Below are positions 1 through 10,642 of a DNA stretch of 32,000 nucleotides, piece by piece. The stretch is from positions 480,001 to 512,000 of the forward strand of contig NZ_CP046578.1 of the NCBI RefSeq assembly GCF_013365455.1, written 5' to 3'. This DNA is from Wolbachia endosymbiont of Dirofilaria (Dirofilaria) immitis. GTDB taxonomy: Bacteria > Pseudomonadota > Alphaproteobacteria > Rickettsiales > Anaplasmataceae. The notes under the pieces were generated by a model, which saw only the letters and a list, made by a program, of their open reading frames with translations, was not told the DNA's origin and made no database searches. How positions within the stretch are numbered: the stretch's first letter is position 1; the number at the start of each line of letters is the position of its first letter. Both the position numbers and the translations under genes were made by a program.

Positions 1-2637
1 GAGACGATTAGGTATATAGAAAGGTTATCTGAAATATTAAGCAATGGCGGTAAAAGAGAGCGAAGTTATAGTGTCATACTCTCCAATTGGTGTAGCGGCA
101 CAAAAACATCTGCCACCCAAGCAACTAATACTAAAATACAGGAAAAAAAGGATGTAGATTTTAAGGTAATGTACTGGAATACCAAAATAGAAAATTTAGC
201 TAAGATATTTTTAAAATCAGAATCTTATGAAAAAAAAAGCATATCATCTATAATAACAAAAGGCATCTTAGAGAAATTCAAAGATGCAGAATGGATAGTA
301 AAGAATATTCAGAATATAGTATTTACTTATACAAGAGATATTAACTCCTATAAAATATTCAAGAGAACTAGCAACTTACTTAACATATTCAAAGTGTACA
401 CTGACTTATATAACAGTGAAAAATCAAAAAATGCATTACTCGACTACAACGATATAATCGACTTAGCAACAAATCTTCTAAGTAATCCAGAGTATAAAGA
501 TTGGGTATTGTTTAACTTAGATCAAAAAATAGATCACATTCTTATTGATGAAGCACAAGATAATAGCATTGATCAATGGAAAATTATAATAAATCTCTGT
601 GACAAATTCTTTACCAGTGGTGAAGAAAAACGAACCCTGTTTGTTGTTGGCGACATAAAACAATCTATTTACAGATTTCAAGGGGCAAATCCCTATCTAT
701 TTAATCACATGCAACAATACTTCTATACAAAAACTGGTAACAGAAACTGGATATCATGCCAACTTAAAAAATCATTTCGCTCAGCTCCAGAAATTCTAGC
801 ATTTGTAGATAAAATATTCAACAACTTTTGCAAAGAGATATCCTTTATTGATAGTGAAATAAAACATACTCCAAACAGAAAAAATGATCAAGGGTATATT
901 GAAATTTGGCCACTATTACCAAGCCTCAAAGAAGAAAAACAGCAGACTTTACAAATTCATTTAACAGATAAAAAAGATTACATAATGTTAGACCGCCTGC
1001 TTGCTCAATCAATAGCTCAAAAAATTCACAACTGGTTAAGCAAAGGGCGAATCTTAGTTGCTAAAGATCGCCATATAGAACCAAGAGACATTATGATCTT
1101 AGTACGGCAAAGAAATGTGTTAGTTGATTATATAGTGAGCGAGCTTAAAAAAGCAAAAGTGCCGGTTATAGGGCGAGACTATTTTAAGATTATGGACTAT
1201 ATAGTTATACAGGATTTAATAGCTTTAGCCGAATTTTTACTCCTTCCTACAAATGATTTAGCTCTTGCGAATGTTTTAAAATCTCCACTATTTAACTTTA
1301 CTGAAGATGATTTATTTAGCATTGCATATGATCGTAAAGAACAGTCGTTATGGGAAAGACTTCATAATTATTGCTGGATTGTCTATAGTGAATTAAACTA
1401 TCTTATCAACTTATCTCGTATAGAATCACCTCTTACATTGTTCACACATATAATACACACAGGCAAGAAGAAATTTGCTGCAAGACTTGGTACTGAGTAC
1501 TTCGAAGTCTTAGATGAGTTTATAAACCTTGTGTTAAAATTTGAAAACCTATCCCTTCAAGCATTTATTCAATGGATCAAAGAAAATAATCCAGAAATTA
1601 AAAATGATACACAATTAAAGCGCAATGCTGTGCGGATAATGACAATCCACAAATCAAAAGGCCTGCAAGCTCCTATAGTATTCTTAGTTGATACAAATAC
1701 GGTACCAAGAAACAATGAGAACATTATTTTTGATATAATGGAAGCACCATTTTGGTGTGGAAAGGATACTAACATTCATTGTGACCAAGTAAAGAGAGAG
1801 AGGAAAATGGAGGACTATAATGAATATTTACGTTTGCTATATGTAGCACTTACTCGCGCTGAAGATGAATTATATATTTTAGGTAAAGAGCCAGTACAAA
1901 AAGGTTCTTGGTATGATCTGCTTACTAAGCAGCAAGAGCTATATGAAAAGAAACAAGCTTGGTTACAGCCGATGTTTAAAGAAAAAGTTAAAGTACTATG
2001 TGTAAACGCAAACTACCCTTATATTTGTAAAAAACTTGATCATTTCGATGTTTCAGTGATTTCTCTCCCGCCAACTCTGGCAACATTATTCCAAGAATCT
2101 AAAAAGAAAGAAGAAGAATCAGTGTCAACTGTTTACTCTTCTCCATTTCAGCACGTAATCCCAGAATACGGAGAAAAGAGCGCTGAAATGACAGACGGTT
2201 ATACAAGAGGCCTAATAATCCACAGTATATTGCAATATATACCTAAGATAGAAAAAGATAGAAGAAAAAATTGGATTAGAAAGTACCTTGATAATATAAA
2301 CACTAGAGAAAAAAAAGACGAGATCTATAGCAAAATATTAGCCTTTAATGAAAAATATGATTACCTATTCAACTTAGAAGGTAAATCAGAAATTATGCTA
2401 AGTGGAATGATTGATGGCAAACCAGTACTAGTACGACTGGATAGGTTATGCATAACGCAGGATAAAGCAATTATCATTGATTACAAATCACACCGTAATA
2501 CTTCTACTTCTTCGTTAAATGAAATAAAAAAAAAGATGTTAACTTATAAAGCCCTAGTACAAGCAGTATATCCGAATAAGCAGGTAGAGTGTGTGGTTAT
2601 TTGGATAGAAGACTTAACCCTACAATCTGACTTTTGA
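1..2637 (+). CDS. addA: Double-strand break repair helicase/nuclease AddA (UvrD/REP superfamily 1). This is the C-terminal 878 codons; the 5' end lies upstream of the window.
   Basis: Frame 1 has no stop from nt 1 to the first ATG at 169, so the gene is truncated by the window edge. Helicase motifs are present: LIDEAQDNS (II), VVGDIKQSIYRFQGA (III), MTIHKSKGLQAPIVFL (V) and LLYVALTRAEDELYI (VI). A C-terminal PD-(D/E)XK-like nuclease signature is also present: GLIIHSILQYI ... VRLDRL ... IIDYKS. Confidence 0.85.
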   Translation, partial: ETIRYIERLSEILSNGGKRERSYSVILSNWCSGTKTSATQATNTKIQEKKDVDFKVMYWNTKIENLAKIFLKSESYEKKSISSIITKGILEKFKDAEWIVKNIQNIVFTYTRDINSYKIFKRTSNLLNIFKVYTDLYNSEKSKNALLDYNDIIDLATNLLSNPEYKDWVLFNLDQKIDHILIDEAQDNSIDQWKIIINLCDKFFTSGEEKRTLFVVGDIKQSIYRFQGANPYLFNHMQQYFYTKTGNRNWISCQLKKSFRSAPEILAFVDKIFNNFCKEISFIDSEIKHTPNRKNDQGYIEIWPLLPSLKEEKQQTLQIHLTDKKDYIMLDRLLAQSIAQKIHNWLSKGRILVAKDRHIEPRDIMILVRQRNVLVDYIVSELKKAKVPVIGRDYFKIMDYIVIQDLIALAEFLLLPTNDLALANVLKSPLFNFTEDDLFSIAYDRKEQSLWERLHNYCWIVYSELNYLINLSRIESPLTLFTHIIHTGKKKFAARLGTEYFEVLDEFINLVLKFENLSLQAFIQWIKENNPEIKNDTQLKRNAVRIMTIHKSKGLQAPIVFLVDTNTVPRNNENIIFDIMEAPFWCGKDTNIHCDQVKRERKMEDYNEYLRLLYVALTRAEDELYILGKEPVQKGSWYDLLTKQQELYEKKQAWLQPMFKEKVKVLCVNANYPYICKKLDHFDVSVISLPPTLATLFQESKKKEEESVSTVYSSPFQHVIPEYGEKSAEMTDGYTRGLIIHSILQYIPKIEKDRRKNWIRKYLDNINTREKKDEIYSKILAFNEKYDYLFNLEGKSEIMLSGMIDGKPVLVRLDRLCITQDKAIIIDYKSHRNTSTSSLNEIKKKMLTYKALVQAVYPNKQVECVVIWIEDLTLQSDF

Positions 2638-3396
2638 TGAAACCTGGAATACTATTTGCCAATTGATATACATGCATCACCTTCTTTTGAACATTCATAG
2701 TACAAACTTGAGACTAGTATTTCCTCCACATATATTAAAGAGCATAGTATATATTGATATACAAAAAAAACTGTTCATTTTTTGGCTCAGCCATCTTAGG
2801 TAAAAAGTACGTCAAAAAGGAGAATTATGTAAAATACATTTATAGATATATTGATACTTAGAGGCTGTTCATCTCTTGTTTAGATGGTTGTGAAACATTA
2901 CAGTACTGTTTAATATTTCAACATAAAGAGAAGTTCAATATATTGAATCAGCATTTTAGAGGTCTTCCGCTATTAGACCGATACTTTTACCTATATATAA
3001 GGTAAAAACGAAAAATCTTCTTTATTGAAGCTTCTTATACTTATTTTTAATAATCAAGTAACTCAGGTATTAATTATAAGCAGGTTTTTTATCTCCTTTT
3101 TTTCATATGAAAGACAGCAGGTATAAATGTATCGTTGACTCTATTACTATTTTATAGCACTTTCAAATAAAACTACCTTCTACACACTGAACATAAAACA
3201 TAGCTTAAGACTTTGTAACCAAGCAATAGTTGTTCATTACCTAACGATAATTTTTTCTTTTAGGAGTTCTCTACATCCTTTTGTAATCCTTCACTATAAT
3301 AAATCACTTGCTGCGCATCATTTTACAATAAGAAATGAGATTATCAAATAAGATAATCAATAAGTTTCTTTATTATTTAAAGATACCGATAAAAAC

Positions 3397-3425
3397 TTGA
3401 CTTACATACTTTACGCCTCTAAAAT
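3397..3425 (+). promoter_or_regulatory. Candidate sigma70 promoter for secG-pyrG-tadA: TTGACT, 17-nt spacer, TAAAAT
   Basis: TTGACT lies at 3397-3402 and TAAAAT at 3420-3425, with an exact 17-nt spacer. The -10 element ends 23 nt before the secG ATG at 3449. The motifs were read directly from the sequence. Confidence 0.45.
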
Positions 3426-3448
3426 TCTTATTTTAAGTCTTACTTATA

Positions 3449-3769
3449 ATGTCAATAACAGTATTAAGTGTATTACAAATAATATTGGTTATCGTTCTAG
3501 TAATCTTAGTGCTTTCACGTCCGCCTGGAAGTAGCTCGTTGAGTGGTTTTAGTAACTCACAACATGGACTCAATTTGATGATTTCAGTGAAACCTCCCAT
3601 AAATCTGCTCAGCAAAGTAACTGCTATAGTTGTTGGCCTATTTATAGCAAACACACTACTATTATCAGGATTGTGTTCAAAAAATGTACATAGAAAGTCA
3701 ATTGCAGAAAGAATCATATCAGAAAATAAACAAGAAAATAAGTTTACTTCCGTTCCTTTTGAAGATTAA
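3449..3769 (+). CDS. secG: Preprotein translocase subunit SecG
   Basis: 106 aa. An N-terminal TM helix ([18 protein letters not shown]) is followed by a Gly/Ser-rich loop ([16 protein letters not shown]) and a second TM helix ([16 protein letters not shown]), which is the SecG architecture. The gene sits directly upstream of pyrG, a common alphaproteobacterial arrangement. Its stop overlaps the pyrG start as TAATG. Confidence 0.8.
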   Translation: MSITVLSVLQIILVIVLVILVLSRPPGSSSLSGFSNSQHGLNLMISVKPPINLLSKVTAIVVGLFIANTLLLSGLCSKNVHRKSIAERIISENKQENKFTSVPFED

Positions 3770-5406
3770 TGAAGAAGGAAGCTAAATTTATCTTTGTAAC
3801 AGGTGGAGTAGTTTCATCCTTAGGTAAGGGCTTAGTCGCTTCAAGCGTAGGTACGCTTCTTCAAGCTTATGGCTTTAAAGTACGTATTAGAAAACTTGAC
3901 CCATATTTAAATATTGACCCTGGAACAATGAGTCCAACTCAGCATGGAGAGGTGTTCGTTACTGAAGACGGTGCAGAAACTGATTTAGATCTTGGACATT
4001 ATGAACGTTTTACTGGAATGAAAGCAACCAAAGATGATAATATAACAACTGGTAAAGTATATCACGAGTTATTGAAGAAAGAGAGGCGTGGTGATTATTT
4101 AGGTAAAACTGTACAAGTTATTCCTCATGTAACAGATCTGATAAAATCATTTATTTTTAACGGTACAGAAGGTTTAGATTTTATAATATATGAAATAGGT
4201 GGAACTGTAGGTGATATTGAAAGCCAACCGTTTTTAGAAGCTATACGTCAAATCAGCTACAAGCTCGGGAAACAAAGAGTTATTCTTATTCACCTGACCC
4301 TAGTACCATACTTAACTGCAGCGCAAGAACTAAAGACAAAACCAACACAGCATTCAGTTCGAGAGTTAAATTTTGCGGGGTTACAACCAGACATTATACT
4401 ATGTCGTAGTGAAAAGAAAACTTCCGATAATCAAAAAAGGAAAATAGCCAATCTTTGTAATGTCTCTTTATCTAATGTAATACCTGCTCCTGACGTGAAC
4501 CATATATATGAGTTACCAATTTTATATAATCAATATGGACTTGGTACACAAATTCTGGAACACTTTCATTTAAGTAAACCACAACCAAGCTTAACTGAAT
4601 GGAAGCAAATAGTACTTTCTATGAAAAAGTCAACACAGGAAGTCACTGTATCTATAGCAGGAAAATATACCGAATTTCCTGACGCATATAAATCACTGGT
4701 CGAAGCATTAAATCATGGTGCAATTAGAAATAAAGTTAGAGTGAAAATAAACTGGGTTAACTCAAGAGAGAAAAGCAAAGAACTTATTAATGAAAAATCC
4801 ATAGAAAAAAAGCTAAGGAACTCCCATTCAATCCTCGTGCCAGGAGGATTTGGCGATGATGGAGTAGAGGGCAAAATATTGGCAATAAGCTATGCCCGCA
4901 CGCATAATATCCCATTTCTTGGAATATGCCTTGGCATGCAACTTGCAGTCATTGAATTCGCTCGCAATGTCATTAAGCTTGAGGATGTACACTCTGAAGA
5001 ATTTTATACCTGTAAGCACCCGATTATTAAGCTAGCCGGTAGTAAAAACATTAATGTTGGTGGAACTATGAGACTTGGAGCATATAAATGTAATGTAAGC
5101 CCAAATTCCAAAATGGCAGATGTATACGGTAATACCACTATCTTGGAAAGGCATAGGCACAGATACATAATTAATTTAGATTACAAAGATGATTTAGAAA
5201 AAAATGGTTTGACATGCAGTTGTATATCAGAAGATGGAACATGCATAGAAGCAGTAGTGCTAGAAAGTCATCCTTGGTTTATCGGTGTGCAATTTCATCC
5301 AGAATTTCAATCAAAGCCGTTTTCCCCTCACCCTCTTTTTATATCCTTTATTAAAGCAGCAATTAATAAAATTAAAAGAAAGAAGACCAACAGAGAAAGT
5401 GTTTAA
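3769..5406 (+). CDS. pyrG: CTP synthase
   Basis: 545 aa. The N-terminus reads [16 protein letters not shown]. The glutamine amidotransferase domain carries GICLGMQ (catalytic Cys), HRHRY and the FHPEF motif. Confidence 0.97.
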   Translation: MKKEAKFIFVTGGVVSSLGKGLVASSVGTLLQAYGFKVRIRKLDPYLNIDPGTMSPTQHGEVFVTEDGAETDLDLGHYERFTGMKATKDDNITTGKVYHELLKKERRGDYLGKTVQVIPHVTDLIKSFIFNGTEGLDFIIYEIGGTVGDIESQPFLEAIRQISYKLGKQRVILIHLTLVPYLTAAQELKTKPTQHSVRELNFAGLQPDIILCRSEKKTSDNQKRKIANLCNVSLSNVIPAPDVNHIYELPILYNQYGLGTQILEHFHLSKPQPSLTEWKQIVLSMKKSTQEVTVSIAGKYTEFPDAYKSLVEALNHGAIRNKVRVKINWVNSREKSKELINEKSIEKKLRNSHSILVPGGFGDDGVEGKILAISYARTHNIPFLGICLGMQLAVIEFARNVIKLEDVHSEEFYTCKHPIIKLAGSKNINVGGTMRLGAYKCNVSPNSKMADVYGNTTILERHRHRYIINLDYKDDLEKNGLTCSCISEDGTCIEAVVLESHPWFIGVQFHPEFQSKPFSPHPLFISFIKAAINKIKRKKTNRESV

Positions 5407-5416
5407 ATATCGATAT

Positions 5417-5833
5417 ATGGAGCTTGCAGTAGAACAAGCAAAACTTGCTCACAAAAATGATGAAGTTCCTATAGGAGCTGTAATAGTCAGTGGAAGCAAC
5501 ATAGTCTCTTCCACACATAACATATACAATGATCCAACTGCACATGCAGAGATATTAGTAATCAGACAAGCATGCAAATTGCTTTCAACACCAATACTCT
5601 CCGATGTTGATATGTATGTAACATTAGAGCCATGTCCGATGTGTGCTCAAGCCATCTCTTTTGCAAGAGTTAGAAGAGTATACTTTGGAGCTTATAATCC
5701 TAAAGGTGGAGGAATCGAAAACGGTGTTAGGATATTTCAATTTTGCAGCCATGTTCCTGAAGTTTATGGCGGGATATTAGAAACAGAATGCTCTTCTTTG
5801 TTAAAGGATTTTTTTAAGAAATTAAGAACTTAG
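5417..5833 (+). CDS. tadA: tRNA-specific adenosine deaminase TadA
   Basis: CDA-fold zinc motifs HAE and PCPMC are present, along with the N-terminal MELAVEQAKLA...VPIGAVIV. I place the start at the ATG at 5417. The longer ORF-track start at 5285 lies inside pyrG and adds non-homologous residues. Confidence 0.9.
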   Translation: MELAVEQAKLAHKNDEVPIGAVIVSGSNIVSSTHNIYNDPTAHAEILVIRQACKLLSTPILSDVDMYVTLEPCPMCAQAISFARVRRVYFGAYNPKGGGIENGVRIFQFCSHVPEVYGGILETECSSLLKDFFKKLRT

Positions 5834-6579
5834 TTTAGACATATTAATTATTATCGAATTTCTTCATCACTCCAGTGCACTAGGTTAAGTTAATTGGTGA
5901 GTGTCTTTCAATTTTATAATTTTCAATCTCGCTATTAGATGATTCTGTTAACTTAGTAATAGTAACAATGTTAATTACTACTTCAGTTTTTCCTTTCTCT
6001 ACATTGGTTCATATAGGTTACCTTTCTACCTTCATCAAGTCTTTGCTAAGGACAGCTTCCTCTTTATATAGGCTCATTATCCTTTCCCCATACACCACTG
6101 TCCTCTTCATTCCAATAAACTTATCTAATTCACCATACACTTGCTTTATTATTACTAACAACTCCTCTGCATCTTTTTTAAAAGATGCACCAGCACCATA
6201 CTAGCTTATTAACTATTCTACTTTATCTTTAAGAAACTTAGGTAGCCTAATGAATACAAATTGAAAACCTTGTAAGCCATGTTTATCAGTTTTATAATCT
6301 TAAAAATAAAACACAGCCCAAGGTTTAATAAAAAAGCTACCCAGAGGAACATCAGCAACGTAATACCGAGTACATTTTTTTTAAGCTTCCTTACAAGAAA
6401 AACTCTTCTTTGAACATCAGGTTTAATCTTAAACCTAGGAATCTTAAAAAAAAGTCATAACAAATCAGCTCAAAAAGCATTAACAATAATAATATAACAT
6501 TTTCTAGAAACAATCCAATCACATCCTTTGACTCACAATTTAAAGCTCAACTTAACATATATGGTTTACACCAGAACTT

Positions 6580-7860
6580 TTACCAATCGCATTTTTTGTC
6601 TTGTGGCTTTATTTGCAATATTGCCACTAAACCTACTAATAAACAGAAAACTATATAAAGCCCAGCTGCAAAGTTTACTTGAGGAAATGTGATAGTAAAC
6701 CAAGTGCATATCATAGGAGTAAACCCACCATGAAAAGCAAAAGAGATGTTGCGTGATAAACTTACTCCACTAAACCTAACAGTGGTGGGAAAAAGTTCAG
6801 ATGCAACTATCCCTATAGGGCTTATACCCTTCTCTATTACAGAAAGAACCATTATACTAAGCATAATTATAAGATAACTTTTATAATAGTAGGCAATAAA
6901 TAATATAGGACAACATAGCACCATTGTAATCACTATAAATAAAATCGCAGTGCGTTCTTTACCTATTCTATCAGCTAACATTCCAAGAACTATTGCAAAT
7001 ATTGGCATTAGTATACTGGTTATAATCAACACAATCTCATTGATATATGTTGTGACATACGTTTTAACTGATATTGTCTCTTTTGCAAGAGTTCGAAGGA
7101 ATATGGTGAATCCAACAGTAACATTAACGGGCACGGATATTAAAACAGCAAGTATAAGAGCTCTTTTATAGTGCTTTACAAGCTCTATTATTGGTAAGTC
7201 TGGTAGACTTCTTTGCTTTTGGTTCTTTTCATACTCCAGAGTCTCTTCTAATATATATATACTATATGTACTAATTAACCCTAGAACAGCTGAAAAAGTG
7301 AACGGCAATCTCCAACCCCAAGTATTAAAATCAGTGTTTTTTTTGCAGATGATTACTACCACGACAGAAAGCAGAATACCAATAGAGCGACCTAAACTTG
7401 TCATTCCACAAAATACCCCTAGCTTTTTCTTATCAGATAAATGCTCTATTAAATAAACAGAACTGCCTCCCTGTTCAGCACCGAACGCAATTCCTTGCGT
7501 TACATGAATTGCAAGAAGCAATATAGTAGAAGTTATACCTATTTGACTATAACTTGGAATAAACGCAATGAGACTAGATGGAATTGCTATCAGCAAGATA
7601 GCAATCATCAATGCCATTTTCCTTCCATACCTATCACCAATATGACCGAATGCAGATGCGCCGAGCGGTCTCACCATTGCACCTAATCCTGCAATTCCAA
7701 ATAATTGCAATATATTATAATAAATATCCTTTGCAGAACAAAATTCTCTACTGATTACATTAACCAGATCAATAAAGAGCATATGATCATACCATATTGT
7801 AATTTTACAGAGTATTGTTGCCAACAACATTTTTGTTTGCTGATTACACACCAAGTTCAA
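6580..7860 (-). CDS. MFS transporter, proline/betaine (ProP)-like
   Basis: 426 aa and multi-TM throughout. The MFS loop 2-3 motif GAMVRPLGASAFGHIGDRYGRKMAL closely resembles the ProP/osmolyte symporter family that is expanded in Rickettsiales. The start is uncertain between the Met at 7860 and the internal MLLATI. Confidence 0.85.
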   Translation of the reverse strand: MNLVCNQQTKMLLATILCKITIWYDHMLFIDLVNVISREFCSAKDIYYNILQLFGIAGLGAMVRPLGASAFGHIGDRYGRKMALMIAILLIAIPSSLIAFIPSYSQIGITSTILLLAIHVTQGIAFGAEQGGSSVYLIEHLSDKKKLGVFCGMTSLGRSIGILLSVVVVIICKKNTDFNTWGWRLPFTFSAVLGLISTYSIYILEETLEYEKNQKQRSLPDLPIIELVKHYKRALILAVLISVPVNVTVGFTIFLRTLAKETISVKTYVTTYINEIVLIITSILMPIFAIVLGMLADRIGKERTAILFIVITMVLCCPILFIAYYYKSYLIIMLSIMVLSVIEKGISPIGIVASELFPTTVRFSGVSLSRNISFAFHGGFTPMICTWFTITFPQVNFAAGLYIVFCLLVGLVAILQIKPQDKKCDW

Positions 7861-7913
7861 TTTATAAATATTTGCTTATTTAATTGTGGCTGCTTTTTAG
7901 AATTTAGTAAAGC

Positions 7914-7930
7914 TACAACCTTAGGTTGTA
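7914..7930 (-). terminator. Small hairpin (TACAACC-taa-GGTTGTA) about 85 nt downstream of murE; weak terminator candidate
   Basis: A 7-bp stem with a 3-nt loop, read directly from the sequence. It is followed on the minus strand by a T-containing but not T-pure tail (gctttactaaattc). Confidence 0.3.
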
Positions 7931-8013
7931 AGATTAACTTTTTGTTATTGTATGTAATAATGAGATCATTAAAATTTAGAGGGTAGAGTCAAGAAGTAAG
8001 CCCATTGCAAAAA

Positions 8014-9420
8014 TCAATATGGTAAAGTACAGTTTTTAACAACTTCAACATCACTGAATTTAAAAGTTTGGCCATTTACAATCTGTGATCTTTCATGCCC
8101 TTTCCCTGCAATCAGCAGGACCATATCTTGATTATAGGAAATATCCATACCTTTTTCTATAGCTTCTTTCCTGTCCTCTATCTCTAGTGCACCAGAACAA
8201 TGTAACAAAATATCACGGCGAATTTCTGTTGGATTTTCGTCACGAGGATTATCATTTGTAACTATAACTCTTTCTGCATACATTTGCGCTATTTTACCCA
8301 TTTCTGCGCGTTTTGCCTGATCACGATTACCACCACAACCAAAAACTAAGATTACCCTTTTGCTGAAGTGCCATTTTAAAGACAATAGCACTTGCTCAAG
8401 TGCACTTGGAGTATGTGCGTAATCTACAAACACAAAAGGTTTTACCTTTTCCATCCTTCCTGGTGGAGAAACTAGTTTATCTATACACATTTTTTTGTAA
8501 CTCAACCCAGACGAGATAGCTATACCGATTGCACACATCAAATTACACGCTTGAAATTGTCCTAAGACTGGAAAAAACACATCATAAACTTCATTATCAA
8601 CTCTAATTGTTAGATATTGACCATCTTGTGCTGGTACTTGCTTTATTAAGGTAATATTAGAACCTTTTTTCCCATAAGTTATAACTTTGTTACCACGTTT
8701 TTCAGCTATCTTAAGCAATGCATAGCATTCATCTATACTTGCATTTAAAATTACTGTTTTTTCTTTTGGTAGTATCTCACAAAATAACCTTTTCTTAGCC
8801 CTAAAATATTCACTAATATCCTTATGATAATCTAAATGATCTTGCGAGAAATTTGTAAAAGCTGCAGCAGTTAACCCAAGCCCATGAATTCTGTACTGAT
8901 CAATCCCATGACTTGAAGCCTCCAGTACTAAGTGCTCTATGTTTTTACTACTCATATCACATAATGTTGCATAAAAATCATCTGCATCCGGAGTGGTAAG
9001 GTTATTATAATTAGCTTCCCTTTTATTATTGATACACGTTCCAAGTGTTCCAATAGACACTGAATCATAGCCAGCATTTTGCCAGATTTGGCGGCAAAAC
9101 TCTACTACTGAAGTCTTGCCATTCGTACCTGTTACAGCAGCAACACATTTAGGCTGCTTAAATTGATAAAACCTGCTAATTATTTTGCTGTATGTTTCTT
9201 GAGGGTTTGGGTGAAAAATATAGATCCGAGAGTTACATGATGCTACAAAATCTGCCATTATTACTGAAGTTTTTACATCACCTACATACTTCTTACTTTC
9301 TTTTGATACACAAACAAAAAGGTAACCCTCTTTGACTTTCTTAGGGTTACAGGTAACACCTTCGATTTCAATATCAAAAGTAACATCAACAATGTTATAA
9401 AGTAAATCCCTCAATTTCAT
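8014..9420 (-). CDS. murE: UDP-N-acetylmuramoyl-L-alanyl-D-glutamate--2,6-diaminopimelate ligase
   Basis: 468 aa. Mur ligase motifs are present: VTGTNGKTS (P-loop), DYAHTP, GCGGNRD, and the DAP-specific DNPR and GKGHE. Confidence 0.93.
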   Translation of the reverse strand: MKLRDLLYNIVDVTFDIEIEGVTCNPKKVKEGYLFVCVSKESKKYVGDVKTSVIMADFVASCNSRIYIFHPNPQETYSKIISRFYQFKQPKCVAAVTGTNGKTSVVEFCRQIWQNAGYDSVSIGTLGTCINNKREANYNNLTTPDADDFYATLCDMSSKNIEHLVLEASSHGIDQYRIHGLGLTAAAFTNFSQDHLDYHKDISEYFRAKKRLFCEILPKEKTVILNASIDECYALLKIAEKRGNKVITYGKKGSNITLIKQVPAQDGQYLTIRVDNEVYDVFFPVLGQFQACNLMCAIGIAISSGLSYKKMCIDKLVSPPGRMEKVKPFVFVDYAHTPSALEQVLLSLKWHFSKRVILVFGCGGNRDQAKRAEMGKIAQMYAERVIVTNDNPRDENPTEIRRDILLHCSGALEIEDRKEAIEKGMDISYNQDMVLLIAGKGHERSQIVNGQTFKFSDVEVVKNCTLPY

Positions 9421-9436
9421 GTTCTACTTTATCAGC

Positions 9437-10636
9437 TTAAAGATCTAAACATGGTAACCTAGCTAGTGCTGCATCTAAATCAGAAATTAAATCTTCAGGA
9501 TCTTCTAACCCACAAAATATTCGTACGAAACTTCCACCATAATCTGAACGCATTACAGACCTTGGCATAGATTTATGATCTACCGGTAACATCAAACTAT
9601 CACACCCTCCCCAAGAAGCACCAATACTAAAAATCTTCATATGATCAACCATACAACTGAGCTCTTTATATGAATATTCTCTATCTAGTACTATACTGAA
9701 TACGCTGCTTGCTCCTTTAAAGTAACTTTTCCACAATTCATGCTGAGGGTGAGAATGAAGCGCCGGATATAAAACCTTTTTAATTTTTGGGTGCTCCTCT
9801 AGCCATTTTGCTACCTTCATTGCCGTACTTTGATGCCTTTTTATACGTGTATACAATGTCCTGAGTCCTCTGTGTGCAAGATAACAATCATGCGACTGAA
9901 CAGTCACTCCATAATTCTTGTAGCTCTCATAAAGTAATTCAAAAACCTCACCTTCAGCAATAACAGCTCCCATCAATAAATCTGAGTGACCAGCTATATA
10001 CTTTGTAACCGCATACAGAGCAACATCAATTCCATAATCAAGCGGTTTAAATAACAAAGAAGTGGCCCATGAATTGTCACAAACGGTTATGATTTCATGC
10101 TCCTTAGCAACTTTTACTATATGTTCTACATTTGAAATTTCAAACGTCACAGAACCTGGAGTTTCAATCATTATCAATGCAGTATTACTACGAATCAAAC
10201 TAGTTATACTCTCCGTTGGATCATAAAAAGTCACTTTTACTCCTCTTTTTGGCAGTTCACTTTCAACAAATCTCCTAACTCGATAATAACTATTATCTTG
10301 AACCAAAATATGTGAACCTGCTTTAGCAAAAGTTAGAATAACAAAGGTAAGCACAAACAGTCCAGAAGGGTAGATTAATGCTTGTCCCCTACCTTCAACT
10401 TCAGCAAGAGCACTTGAAAGGTAGTGAACGGTAGGAGTACCAACATTACTATAACTATAATCCCTTAATACACCATCATTGATTACATCATATATACTCT
10501 TCCCGTTTGCTGCATCTAAGTAGTCCTTATAGGTAGGAAATAATATAGTAGAAGAATGATAAATTGGCGGATTCATAGAACCTTTGTAATCATTAAATTT
10601 TCTCCCTGCTTTCACCAATAAAGATTCTTCTTTCAC
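9437..10636 (-). CDS. metC: Cystathionine beta-lyase (Cys/Met-metabolism PLP enzyme)
   Basis: 399 aa and collinear with MetC: N-terminal AGR...G.MNPPI.HSST, PLP-lysine motif AVTKYIAGHSD, and the C-terminal SWGG...L...GLEDPEDLISDLDAAL. Confidence 0.88.
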   Translation of the reverse strand: MKEESLLVKAGRKFNDYKGSMNPPIYHSSTILFPTYKDYLDAANGKSIYDVINDGVLRDYSYSNVGTPTVHYLSSALAEVEGRGQALIYPSGLFVLTFVILTFAKAGSHILVQDNSYYRVRRFVESELPKRGVKVTFYDPTESITSLIRSNTALIMIETPGSVTFEISNVEHIVKVAKEHEIITVCDNSWATSLLFKPLDYGIDVALYAVTKYIAGHSDLLMGAVIAEGEVFELLYESYKNYGVTVQSHDCYLAHRGLRTLYTRIKRHQSTAMKVAKWLEEHPKIKKVLYPALHSHPQHELWKSYFKGASSVFSIVLDREYSYKELSCMVDHMKIFSIGASWGGCDSLMLPVDHKSMPRSVMRSDYGGSFVRIFCGLEDPEDLISDLDAALARLPCLDL

Positions 10637-10642
10637 ACTTTA

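Noticed and set aside
2817-2832. A perfect AAGGAG, then a 4-nt spacer, then ATG TAA: a start-stop mini-ORF in the addA-secG gap.
   Set aside because: The spacer is short, no downstream gene is positioned to be regulated by it, and a single occurrence is compatible with chance. It is worth revisiting only if ribosome profiling shows occupancy.
2873-2887. The 15-nt exact repeat CTCTTGTTTAGATGG is shared with 25258-25272, which might indicate a dispersed intergenic repeat family.
   Set aside because: The flanks do not align. In 32 kb of roughly 70 percent A+T DNA, several chance 15-mer matches across both strands are expected (my rough estimate is on the order of ten).
5285-5416. The 44-codon N-terminal extension of tadA proposed by the ORF track.
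   Set aside because: It lies inside the pyrG coding region in another frame. The residues ([18 protein letters not shown]...) are not deaminase-like. The conserved TadA N-terminus begins at the ATG at 5417.
5968-6204. The 78-aa plus-strand ORF between tadA and the MFS transporter.
   Set aside because: Its S, T, L, F and P-rich composition looks like the antisense shadow of the more protein-like, stop-poor minus-strand frame reported as a ghost gene. There is no RBS and no recognisable homology.
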